From assembly GCA_951804945.1 (NCBI GenBank), contig OX638153.1, forward strand, positions 62,248,001-62,312,000: 64,000 nucleotides of DNA, read 5' to 3'. Under the pieces are notes generated by a model that searched no databases, was not told the DNA's origin, and saw nothing but the letters and a program-made list of their open reading frames with translations. The position numbers were made by a program, and so were the translations under genes. This document shows, piece by piece, positions 23,038-35,292 of the stretch (its first letter is position 1; each line of letters starts with the position of its first letter). The DNA is from Podarcis cretensis (taxonomy: Eukaryota).

Positions 23038-25172
23038 TAATAGTAGGATTCACCCAACCTGCCCTGTCAGCAGCAGCCCTGCACAAGGCCTTGCACTTGC
23101 ACAATGAAACCTTCCCATCTCCCACCGTGTGCCCCAAAATTGGCTTGGGGAGGGGAGTCAGGAGAACCCAACAACAGTGGGTGGAGATGGTGGGATCGTT
23201 TCATCTGGCAAGCTGAAATGCTTGTGCAGGCAAAATGATTGGAAGAGCACAATGTTGAATTCCACCCTATGACAGTAACGCCAGCCCTTACATCTTACGG
23301 TCTTCCCTCTTGCCCTCCAAAGATGTACAAAAGGAACGTTTTCCATTTTCAAACATGAAATCCTCCTGCTTTAGGAGAAGACTGCCAGAGACATGTGACA
23401 CCACCTCCCACAATCACTCACCCTGCATCCAAGCCATGCCATTTGCCCCTGGACAATGGGCAGACAAATCCTGTCCCTCCACTTAGCTGTGTGAACTGCC
23501 CTTCTCCTGGCTTTAAAGAGCTGCTGGTCCAGGACGAAGAAGTGGAAGGGGTTGTATAGTTGCCACAGTGCCAGTCCCACATTCCCCCCCCCAGGTGGTA
23601 AGGGCAGCACAGGAAAGGGTGCTAGCAGTAGGGGGTTACCGAGATAGTGTTGCAGACTGTTGCCGCTTATTCAGGAGCTGAGCTTATTATGGAAGCTGGT
23701 CAATCTGCTTTAAGTTCATAAGCTGGTTAATGTATTTGTATCTTAGTGGAAAGTGTTTTCTTTGCACTTTTGTACAAGCCAACATTTGCATAAGCTGTGG
23801 CCTTTTTACTTTGGCATCCACTCTTTTGGAACTCACAGGGGATGGTTCCAGCTGGGCAGGGAAATAGGTGATCAGCTAAGTGCCTAGGATTAGGATATCA
23901 TCAAGTGGTTTTCCTTTGAATAGAGAGAGCAGTGTAGTGTGACAGATCATGTGTCTGAGCAGCAACTTGCTCCCCTGCTGTTGTGCGCTGCTTGTTTCAA
24001 ATACTGGAGAGAGCGGTGGAAACCTAAGTGCCTTGTATTGTATTTCTTTCATCTAAAGATTTTCCTAGAATGCTTGTGGTTCAACTTTATGTCTGAGGCC
24101 TGCAAAATCATATGAGGATATTGGTATGACAAGCCTTGTGTACCAATTGATTAGCTACATAATGCTGAAGCCAAATCTGAGAACAGAATGTGCTAGAATT
24201 GAGGCTTTTGCTCACATACCTGCTCCAGAGATAATACATTTCAGTTCCATGTTTCCACATGGATGCGCACAGGATCACGTTCAAAAGCAGGTTCCTGAAT
24301 AGCAAGCGTGAAGGGCCAAACAAAATTCAGATGCCATTCACACAAGTAACAACCGCAGGAATGAGGGACAAGTCTGGACTGGCACCCTGTTATTGGGGAA
24401 GAGAACTGAGCCACTCCTCCCCTGCCATGGTGGTCCCAATCTGGATGGGGCTGCCTGTGCCTACTATATGCATGGGGGGAAAGCTTCCACTGGAGAGGAT
24501 AGAAACATTTCCCCCCAATGTGATTAACAGGGGCAGGGGTCCACAGCAGGGTCAGAGCTCTCTTACAGTACCTCCATGCCAGGGTCCCCATCCAGCTCTT
24601 CTTGCTAACACTAGATGGTGTTGCATCTAGTTTGGGCTTAAGTCAGATTTATTTGTTTGTTTTTTACATTTCTTTCTCATTCTTTGATGAGTTCAGAGCA
24701 GCATACACAGTTCTTTGACCCTCTTTGACACCAAACCTGTGAGGAGGTTAGCTAGTCACTAGCTCAAGGTCAGTTAATTATGTTTGAGCTGGGACCTAGG
24801 CTCTCCCCAGTTGTAATCTGACACTCTAACCACTCTACATACCAGTAGATGGGGAACCTTTTTTAGCCACATTCCCTCCTGGGCAATATTTCAGAGGCTG
24901 CCTGCAAGAGAAAAGTGTTGCCTATCATTTAAAACCAACACTGCAGTGGATCTGCACCTAAGCTGGAGTGACTGCAGCATTCTTAGGAAGAACAGTGATG
25001 TGAATGTGCTCTACAGAGGCAGAGTTCTTTGCGGCTCATATTGGAAACTAATGAGACTTAGAAATAAGTATAGGACTGCATAATTTTTGTTTCCTTCCTC
25101 TGTTCACTTCTTGGAACCACTGTAGGGAATTTTAGGAGGTTAAACTTGACTTACTTTATCTTTGTTCACCAG

Positions 25173-25317
25173 GCCATCCGCTATCCTGCTTAGCTGCGGA
25201 ATTCCTTATGACGTGGCACAGAACGCCTTGCGTCTCAGTGTGGGTCATGCTACCAGCAAGGAGGATGTGGACCTGATTGTGGAAGATCTGAAGCAGGCTG
25301 TGGCTCAGCTACAATAG
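25173..25317 (+). CDS. SCLY: SCLY exon 12 (last, stop TAG)
   Basis: [47 protein letters not shown]; summed CDS 1341 nt = 446 aa. Confidence 0.96.
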
Positions 25318-26022
25318 GCCAGATTTTCAGTCACCTAGTGAGACAGTTTTGCCCTCTGAAACCAGGAATTGAGCTTACCTGACCCTAATTTCCCATTGCT
25401 CTAGGTGCTATTACATTTAACAGAATGAGGCTAGATAACATTCTAGTCAGCTTCTGGCCACTGAATTCTTGTTGAATAATCTCTAGGGATTCCCCAGCCC
25501 TTGAATACAGCAGGCCAGAAATCAGTGCTCCCTGAATGTAGTCACTATGCTGAGCAGGCTCTGCCAGCAGATTTTACTCATTGAAGTGGGTAAACATTTC
25601 TAGTTGGATGTTTAGATCTATGATTGAGGTTTTTGTGTGGGTTCAGGAAACAAGCCTAAATATTATGGTTTGAATGGACAGGTGAATCCCAAAATATTGA
25701 AAAATTGGGAGCTTGCCTTGGTACCTGGAAACAGCCACTCTTTTGATGCCACCCTTCTGGGGTATTCCTTACCAGGAATGAAAAGCAGTTGCCCTCTATA
25801 TAAACACTGAAGGAACATGAATATTTCTTCTTGCTGCAGCAACAGGTTGTAGCTGCTATAGTATTGCACTGTGTTTAGCATTGAGATATGCAGTGGGACT
25901 AGAATGTGCATTCTTCTAGAGCTGAAGAGGAGAAAAAGAGAAAGAGAAAGAGAGAAACTTTCATTTCACATTGCTGTGTTTTGTGTTATGAAGGCTGCAT
26001 AGATACCAACCTCTCTAACCTA

Positions 26023-26244
26023 GGGCTTATCCACACTTCCATTGTCCTGCTGCTTTTTCTAGAGAAAACTGCTCTTTAGCGCTCAGTCAGAGCAAATGGC
26101 AATTTGGGTTTTTCCCGGATTGCTATTTGTTCTGATTTGTTGCTAAAGAGCGAGTTTTCCCTTGCAAAGGAGTGGGTCAAGCAGAAACCCCCTCAAAAGT
26201 CATACTTTCTAGGCACTGCACAAGTAGAAGTGTGGATGATCCCC
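26023..26244. mobile_element. Palindromic MITE, PIF/Harbinger-like
   Basis: Ends GGGCTTATCCACACTTC...GAAGTGTGGATGATCCC, CTA on both sides, long internal inverted repeat. Confidence 0.65.
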
Positions 26245-26899
26245 CTAGTGCTAAAGGGCTATTTAAGTTATGAAAAGAATCCTACTGGAAATGGCAATGG
26301 TGATGGTGGGGGATTTGAACCAGGAATTGTTACTGCTACTATCTGCCCTGGTCGCCAAAAGGAGGAAATCAATCATAGCTGTCATCTCCTCACGTAGCTC
26401 TTGCAACAACAGATCCTGGTTGTAGCTGTTGCTGCTGGTTTACCCTAAATGGAGAAATACTCTAACGATGGGGCAGGTGATGTCAAGAGAGCCAGCATAG
26501 CAATCATTTCCCATCAGCAAATGGTAGACAACTGCATGCTGGTTCTCTTGTCATTGCCTGCCCAGCTGGCTTGCATCTTGATCAAGCCAACAGCAAGGAT
26601 CTGACTGGCAATGGTTTTCTTTCCCATAAGAACAGGTGGTGGGGAGAATTCTGGCTTTCCAGGCAGTTCTCTTCTGCTGCTCTTTGTCTTGCCTACAAGG
26701 CATTCTGAATACCCTGATCTTCCTTGTCAGGATGCATGGCAGGGGTTGCTCCTACAGTGAGTTTCCCCCTGCAGGGAAGGACAGGTACCACATGGACCCA
26801 TTGCTATAACTGCTTACCTTGTCTGTGAGAAGGAGGCACCTACCGTATATGCAAGAATATCATGGGGGATTTTGTCATTTTTTATATATATAGAAACTT

Positions 26900-27590
26900 A
26901 CAAGCCTGGTGAATCAAGGGGATGCTGTGGATGTCATGTAGCTTGATTTCACTAAGACTTTCGATAAAGTCCCCCATGAGATTCCTATGGAGAAGCTGGT
27001 AAAATGTGGGCTGGACAAGGTTATTGTTAGATGGATTTGTAGCTCCCAAACCCAAAGAGTGTTCAGTAATGGTTCCTCATCATCCTGGGAAAAAGTGACA
27101 AGTCAGGTGCCACCGAGTTCTGTCCTGGCCCCATTGCTGTTCAACATCTTTATAAATGAATTTCATAAAGGAATTGAGAGGGTGACAGTCAAATTTGCAG
27201 ATGACACTAAACTTGGAGAGGTACCTAATGCTGCAAAATACAAAACTGGGATTCAAGATGACCTTAACAGATTGGAGAGTTGGCCCAAACTAACAAAATT
27301 TCAATAGGGAGTTGGGCTGGATGACGTTAAGAATCCCTTCCAACTCTATAATCCTATGAAATGTAAGCTTTTGCACTTAGGCAGGAATGGGGGACACCTG
27401 GCTTGCCAGTAGTAGTTGTGAAAATGATCTAGGGGTCTTAGTAGATCACAAGCTTAACATGAGTCAACAGGGTTTTGACAAGCTAGAACATGTGCAGAAG
27501 AGGAACTGTTGAGAGAGTTGAGTACGTTTAGCCTGGAAAAGAGAATGAGAGGAAATATGGTAGCCATTTTCACATACCTAAAGGTCTGCC
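26900..27590 (+). mobile_element. Degenerate CR1 LINE ORF2 (reverse transcriptase) fragment
   Basis: LDF.K.FDKVPH, VLAPLLFNIFIN and KFADDTKLG motifs with stops and deletions. Confidence 0.92.
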
Positions 27591-30462
27591 ACCTTGACCT
27601 GTGCAGCCTTTCCTAGTTGCCACTGCAGGCTCTGTGTTTGGTAGCATGGAGAGTGAGGGGAAGGAAGGATGAAGGTTATGCCTTCTCACTTATATAAGCA
27701 AGTTTGCACATTAAGCTACCATAGTCCATCTCTGTGCTAAACACTGTGATGCATGGTGCCAGTACTTTTGTTACAAAGGAGGGAGCTGGAGAAGGGGGCG
27801 GGCAAGGACAGAAGAGGGGCAAGGCAAGCAGAGTTCAGATTCTCCTTCCTTTTGGTTAGCACCTTCAGATCTTATCTGGGGTCCCTGGATTACTGCAGCC
27901 TTGATAGGTTTATAAAATAGTAATTTAGTCAGGATGGATCGTATACCCCATAGTGCTAAGGTCAATATTCTGTTGGTGCAAGAACATCTCCTTGTACAGC
28001 AGAACATTCTCCCCCTGTGTAACGCTGAATCTGTTATGGGGGTTCACCCAACCCTCTGGAGCAGATTTGGAGGGGAGTCACAGGGGGAGGAGAGGGATGG
28101 GGTCCCACTACACTAATGCAACTATTTAGCTGAATACTGTCCTATATTATTTTGTTTGGGGGCAGGAGAAGGGACCAATACATATATATTCAAAGTCCCA
28201 GGTGTGGCACATAGGTAGGCTGGTTATATTATCAGAGACAATTGTTAGCACCAGAAGCAAATGCCCACATGCAGTTCCTCAGTTTTGTGCATGGGAAGCT
28301 AGTAGGTCTAATCCTACAGGAATAGGAACGATTTTACTCAACTCAGGGAGACAGGCACCATTGTATTTCCTTAGACTGACTACCCTCAAATAGGGTACTA
28401 ATATTTGTTTCCTGTAAAAAGAGTTCAGAGAATTTAGAGAAAATAAGAATCTTGCCTGGTATCCTCTTTCCCAGTAGATGGTGCCTAATGCTTTTAGGGG
28501 ATTTGTCACATCTGTAGGAACAAATGCTTTATTTTTTAACTGGTTAGCCTTTTCCTTTATTTTCCTGGCACGTAAGCTGATTTCGTAGATCTGTATCAGC
28601 TCCCTGAACTGTCTTTTGTTTGTATCCATGAAAAGAAGACCCCAAGGACTACTTTTCAGTTAACTGTCATAGGAAAACATCAGACCTGCTGTGAAGAATG
28701 TCTTGCTGGCCCTGATTGATGGGGAAACACTGATAAAATGAAACTTGCTGGATTGGGGAGGACAGCCAGGCACAAATATATGGGGGGGGGGGGGGGAATG
28801 TCTGTCTGGAAATGTTATGTGTTATGCTATATTATGTGTATTTCTTGAAAGCTTTTGAGTTTCAGGACTATTGTGGAAGGAATTCAAAGAAGACAATTAA
28901 GTAGGGCCTAGGATAGACTCACGTCTATTTCAACTTATTTTGCTGCACAGATACAGCCAGTCCAGCTGATAATAGGGATAAGAAGACAAGATCAAGGGTT
29001 GGTTTCACGATTCTGTGGCTTTTTATAAATGTGAAATCACAAGCTATTTGCTGACCTATCAAAATGTTAATCTGGTATGCTGCTGTCTGTAGCCTTGTTC
29101 TGTGGAGCCAAGGTGGGTAACACTGTAAAACAGATATTAACTTAAAGTCTAAAATACATTAAAATGTGGTAAGTTAAAAGTAAGCCTGTATCAATGCCAG
29201 CCTGTTTTATTTATTTTTTAAGTCTTGCTATGACACAGCATTTTTCGCTATTCATAGAAGTGTAGATTTTACATTGTGAAAGCTTCAGCGAGCCAGTGTA
29301 TCTGTACTTACTTTTATCATACTTTAGGGCTAATTTGAAGATTCTATTCTCATACACCCCCATACTTCCTGCACTGAATATCTCAATTCTCTCTGTTTTG
29401 GGGCATTTGAAGAGAAGTAGCCAAAGAGCTGTCGTCAGGATATTTGTGAGCGTCTCTGTCTAGTCATTCTGCTGTCTGGGGGAAAGCCAATCAGTCTGAA
29501 ATCCCTCAAGACTTACCTCTTTTCCTGCTTTAGTATGAGTGCTTCCAGTTATTAGCTTTGACCACAGGTCTAGAGACCTGGAGTTCAGTCTTATAGCACC
29601 TTGCATGACTTGCCCAGATTGAAAGGATGGCAGTTTCCCTTCTGTCAAAAGGCTGAATTCCTCTTTCTGACTGGGACCACAGTCTAGATAAAGGCTGTAT
29701 TTACCCACTCATTACTTTTGTGCAGCTGTTCTGAGCATTGCATTTATTGCTCCAGCTGAGTTATTGTGCACCAGAACTTTGTAATCATAGTCCATTATTC
29801 CAACCTGATCACCAATAGGGCCAGAGGTCTGGCATTCTGGCCACCAGCGGCTTGTGTATGTTTGTGTGCTCTATCTGTAAAATATTTTATGTCAAAGGCC
29901 ATCCATGACTGTGCATCAGAAAATACATCTGCCCCCTTGGCTAGTGTCTGGAAGATAAGAGTAGCCCACAAGGAGGTGGAGGATGGCTGTCATTGATAAT
30001 GTATGAAATTGAAGAGTAGAGAGTTTTCCAGCATCAATCTACTAGACTTCAAAAATGTGTGTGTTTGTAGAATTCACAGAGACTTCTATTATTAAGCTTC
30101 ATGTAATGGTGTATATTCAGCTCATATGCAAAAATTCAAAAGAAGTGGGCTCCATAGTTACCTGCAATTCTATGCTTTTCCTTTGTATTTTTTTTTAATA
30201 ACAGGGTGAAAGATTTCTAGGAGGATGGAAATACACATACTAAGCCACACAGCTTATTTGCTCTACTTGAGGCATTTGTTTGTTTTATTTATTTGCCTGT
30301 CCTTCACCTGCAGGTCCCAGGATGACCAGAATTTAAAATTCAGTATTAAAAACAGTCAAAACAAATTGCAGTTGAAAGGCTAGGGCGGGTCCTGAAAACA
30401 CCTCAGGTATGAAAGGCCAGAGTAAAGAGGTGCATCTTCAACATTTGCTGAAACCTGTATAG

Positions 30463-30793
30463 CGGGGGTCAGCAACTTTTTTCAGCCGTGGGCCAGTCCA
30501 CCGTCCCTCAGACCATGTGGTGGGCCAGACTATATTTTTTTTTGGGGGGGGGGGGAGGATGAATGTATTCCTATACCCGACAAATAACCCAGAGATGTAT
30601 TTTAAATAAAAGCACTCATTCTACTCATGTAAAAACACCAGGCAGGCCCCACTAATAACCCAGAGATGCATTTTAAATAAAAGGACACATTCCACTCATG
30701 TAAAAGCATGCTGATTCCTGGACCATCCGTGGGCCGGATTGAGAAGGCGATTGGGCCATATCCGGCCCACGGGCCTTAGGTTGCCTACCCCTG
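30463..30793. mobile_element. Non-autonomous hAT (Charlie-like) MITE
   Basis: CGGGGGTCAGCAAC...GTTGCCTACCCCTG with perfect 8-bp TSD ctgtatag; internal duplication of about 70 bp. Confidence 0.9.
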
Positions 30794-30853
30794 CTGTATA
30801 GTGAAGCTGACAGGCGCATCCCTGTACTCAGCTGGTTGACTGACAACCTATGT

Positions 30854-30989
30854 CAGGCTTCTTCAACCTTGGCCCTCCAGATGTTTTTGGCCTACAACTC
30901 CCATGATCCCTAGCTAGCAGGACTAGTGTTCAGGGATGATGGGAATTGTAGTCTCAAATCATCTGGAGGGCTGAGGTTGAGGAAGTCTG
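30854..30989. mobile_element. Palindromic hAT MITE (MER3/URR1-like)
   Basis: Near-complete hairpin, ctacaactcccatgatc core, perfect 8-bp TSD acctatgt; older relatives near 49955, 50866 and 62540. Confidence 0.88.
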
Positions 30990-32450
30990 ACCTATGTTTT
31001 GCATGCAGAAGTTTACAGGGTCAAGCTTTGGCATCTCGTAACTACAAGAATTTGGGGTAGCCAGCCTAGGGCTGACATGGCCTAAGACCCTGGATTGCTG
31101 ACAAAGGCAGCTCCATGTGTTCATGTATGATCTAGCAGGTGTGGCATAGAATGCACTTTGTCATATAAGATACTGGAAGGGGTAGGTGTCCTATCAAAAT
31201 GCATAATGAATGGGGATTTGGGTTTGAAGCCTGTCTTAGCTCAAGTAAAAGTGAACTGATCTGCATTGCAGGCACAGCTGTAGAGTGAATGGAGATAAAA
31301 TTATTCTCCTTCAAATAGCAAATTCTGCTTTTACAAAAGAAGAAACAGGGTTGGGAGATTGTGTACCCTCACAACAAGTGCTGATGCAATGATCCAAATG
31401 GGAAGACCCTGGGAAAAGTTGTTTGTGTTCTGGCGGCAGAAAAATATTCTATGTGATCATTTGTTCATGTGATTTCCACAGATTTATTATGAAACAATTA
31501 TAGGAAACCATAGGGAAGATCTGCACCGTCATGGGAGGAGCAAAAATATTCTTTCTGATTACTTGCTAATGTATTGTGCATAGATTGATTATGGAACATT
31601 TATAGTTGCTTTAAATATTTTGGATTGGGAACAAAATGTGTTAAATAGAGAAAGATACTGGTAACTGGTGATTGTATATTATCTGTTTTAGTTCATTATA
31701 AAGAAAATGGAGAAAAATAATAAGGCAGCTTTGACATCTTGCCTCTGTAGAAACCCTCTTTATTAATTCACAATATTTGCCCTCTTTGGTAATATTAGAA
31801 CACTAATTTCTTTGACGGTGGAGGATTGTTGCAGTCCCAATGTGGCAGAAGTCTGTAGAACCGAATTATTTAGTGTTGTATCATCATCAGTATTTAACTA
31901 TCTCTCTTGAATTTCTGTTATTTGAACAGAAATCAGCCGCACCATATCAGAGACATGTACATCACAATTATAGGGGAAATATTAGCTTTCCCGTTTACAG
32001 CTGTGGTTTTTACAAATTTGAATCTAACTCATAAACCATCTCGCAGTGTATTTTCTGTGTTTTATCAGTCAATGCAGGAAAATACAGTAGGAACTGAAAC
32101 ACACGCTAATTGCATCATAGAGCTGTTGCTCCTGAAAGCCTGGCTCGTATTTTTCAAACTAACACCAAGCTTACTTTCTATTTTATCACACCACTCTTTA
32201 TAACAATTCAGGGTTCAGTGCCACAAGTGGAAGAAGAGTTAATAACATCCCTGATTCTGCCATGCGCTTTTAGCTGTTCTCTCTCATCGGCCATGTGCCC
32301 CTTCTTAAAAAAAACACACCCTGCAGTACATATGCTTTCTACAGTACCTTACCCGGTAACCAGAGACACATAGCACCTGGCTGGTACATAAAACAAGAGA
32401 CTCTGCGAAAGTAGGTCCTTCCAGTGAAGACAACAGCAAGGCTCCCAGAG

Positions 32451-32744
32451 ATGGGAGACCAAAGGGCTATTTTAGCTGCCAAGGAAGGAGACTTGCCTAT
32501 GCTGGAGCAGCTGCACATTGATGGTACTCTGGACCAGAACATCACTGACTGCTCGGGAGCAGGCCTGGTGCATCATGCGTCACGAGCAGGCAGGCTGGAG
32601 TGCCTCAAGTTCCTGGTACTGCAAGCAAAGCTTCCCGGGAATCAGAGAGCAAACAATGGGGCAACCCCAGCACATGATGCAGCAGCCATGGGCAACTTGG
32701 CTGAGCTGAAGTGGCTGATCAAAGATGGAGGCTACAGCATGCAG
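32451..32744 (+). CDS. ESPNL: Espin-like protein exon 1 (ankyrin repeats)
   Basis: MGDQRAILAAKEGD...GAGLVHHASRAGRLECLKFLV...NGATPAHDAAAMG; 294 nt; GTAAG donor; lies between SCLY and KLHL30. Confidence 0.95.
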
Positions 32745-33124
32745 GTAAGGGGGTCTGACAAATGGGGATCTAAGCAGCGAGAGCAAGTTAGAACGCTAGT
32801 TGCAGCTAGACATTCAATAAGTTTTCCTATCGGGCTCATTTAATTAAGGTAAGTTAGTAATGGCCATTAACAACAATAGGTCTACTCTGAGTAGGAGCAG
32901 CATTGAATACTACCCAGTGTTTTGACTGGGGTGGCAGAGAGTGCAGGCACCCCTTGTCTACAAACAACCCTTGCTGGACTACCAACAGCATTTAACTTTT
33001 CTTGTCCAAGGGAGACTGTGGTGTTTAGCAAGTCCTTCTTTGTGGTGGGTGTTGTGTTTAAAGTGGGCTTGTTCATTGCCAAAAGTCTGAAGTGAGTTCA
33101 GTATATGCTCTCCATGGAGACACA

Positions 33125-33125
<1 letters not shown>

Positions 33126-33156
<31 letters not shown>
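33126..33156. repeat. (ATT)n microsatellite
   Basis: Seen directly. Confidence 0.9.
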
Positions 33157-34139
33157 GGCTTACAGCATATGATGATACATAATAAAACATCAAAAATTCA
33201 AAACTTCCCGATACATGGCAGCAATTGTATCTCCCGCAGAATATTTGTCACTGAGTGCTGGATCACGAAGTGTTAATGGGAAAGGACACATTTTGACCCC
33301 ATGGCAATGTCCCCCAAGTGCAGCTCTTTCCCTACTCCCACATGGAGAAAGCAAGCAAGTGTGCTGGGGACATCATTGGGGTGGAGCATTAACTTGCTCC
33401 CTGCCCCTCTTGCCCCAGCTATTTGAAATCAAGCTCCTTGTCTGTATAGCCGACTGAGTTATGGTTCTCTCTAACAATGGATTTTTGGGAATTGGCTTTT
33501 TGATTAACATGGTGTCGTGGGCTTCCACTTCAAGCTGCAGCATATGCTAGTAAAGGATGCAAATGAAAGTATAACACTGCAATAACGGTTAGAAAAGCTG
33601 GTGCTTGTCTTTCTAATAATAATTACTGCTTCCAGATGTCACCACGTAGGAACACTGTATTAAAATCCCATTCACTCATCCAAAGAATGCATGGAGGGGA
33701 TCAGCAGGGCTGTGCCTGAGGGCTGCCTACACTCATTCAGGTGAAGACATGCCATCAGTGCCACATCCTGTGGACATGGCCCCTCTCCCTCTTCTACTTG
33801 TTTAATGAACATGTGAACATAAATGAGTGAAAATAGAGGCAACGACCAATTCATGTGCATCCGATTGCACATGCATGCATGGCACCAAACCCGGAAGTGA
33901 CCCAAAAACATACCTGGAAGGGGTGGAACACTTTACACAGGCCCCGCCAATGCGCATGGGGGTCCAGAACGTAACCCCTGCACAAAGTGAGCATTGCCTG
34001 TAGCTTAAAATCATTCTGGGTTCCTGGATCTTTTGATAGGCCAGCTGAGGCAGTTTTTGTTGGGATATCCTGATTACCTTCAGGATGAGGACATACAACA
34101 CAAGTACGTACGTATAAAGACATAGCCTGATTTAGCTGC

Positions 34140-34345
34140 TTTACTTATTTATCAAGATTTCTATCCCACTTTTCCTCCCAGGGGCTCAAAGCGGCAGCAT
34201 ACATGGTTTCCCCTATTTTATCCTCACAACAACCCTGCGATGTTATTTAGGTCTGAGGTCACCCAGTGTGTTTCTTGACTAAGTGGGGATTTGAACCCTG
34301 GTCTCCCAGACCACAGACCAACACTCTAACCACTATGCTACATTG
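34140..34345 (-). mobile_element. tRNA-derived MIR/L2-tailed SINE
   Basis: Reverse complement of the 46953 element family; other copies near 24660 and 38810. Confidence 0.75.
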
Positions 34346-35101
34346 GCTCTTTAATGGTTCTGGCTAGAGCCAGGCTCACAAAAAGGCAACACACTGAAAC
34401 AATCATCTCATTACTTGTTTTCTAGAGAGACGCTGGGTTGAGAATAGATGACTGAAGTCATGTTTCCTTTTGCCCCACCTATGGTTTTTTTTAAAAAACA
34501 AAAGACATGCATTTGTACAGTACTATACTGGCCTTCTTCCATACAAACGATTTACATCGTTTCCAGGCCATATTCACACTAACACTTCCATTTTCCAAAT
34601 CCTCAGTATACTTTCACTTCTGTTGTATTCTAACGAAATGGCTGATCATGAGTGCAGCAGCTTGCTAACGGAGAAACGTAAGAAGTTGCCCAAACTGAAA
34701 CAGATCAATACTGTCCACACAGACTGGGAGTGATTATTTCAGGCCAGAGGTCTTTCTCAACTCTTCCCAGAGATGACGGGGATTGAACCTGGGGCCTTTT
34801 GCATGTAAATCCTATAAAGATGCAGGATCTCATCATCCTCCAAGTCCAACACACAGTGCATGGTCTCTGGGCCATGACGCACTATTGTTACTTAATACAT
34901 TTATATAGTCCATCAATAAATATTCCACCGCATTAAGTTTGGTAAATGGGTATGTGGGCCTGTTTCAACATCCCCCAGAAGAGGCTGTTTCAGGTGGTCT
35001 CTGGGTCACAATTACAAAGCAGTCATGAGATGGACGTTAAGGAGTGAGAGTGGGTGGGGAAGAGTTAACCACTACTCCTGAACTGTTTCTTCTCTCCATA
35101 G

Positions 35102-35292
35102 GAGCAAGATGCTTCAGGGGCTTCTCCCCTCCACTTAGCTGCTCGCTTTGGACATCCAGAGGCCATTGAGTGGCTGATCCAGGCAGGCTTTGACACTGCG
35201 ATGAAGACAAGGGAAGGTGCCGTGCCGGCTCATTATGCCGCAGCTAAGGGTGATCTCACTTGCCTCAAACTGCTGGTTGCTGCAGACCACAG
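35102..35292 (+). CDS. ESPNL: ESPNL exon 2
   Basis: EQDASGASPLHLAARFGHPEAIEWL...GAVPAHYAAAKGDLTCLKLL. Confidence 0.95.

Noticed and set aside
25318-26300. SECIS element in the SCLY 3'UTR
   Set aside because: The CDS has no in-frame TGA and ends in TAG; the hairpin present is a MITE
26987-27307. 106-aa RT-like ORF as a gene
   Set aside because: Decayed CR1 fragment with deletions and stops
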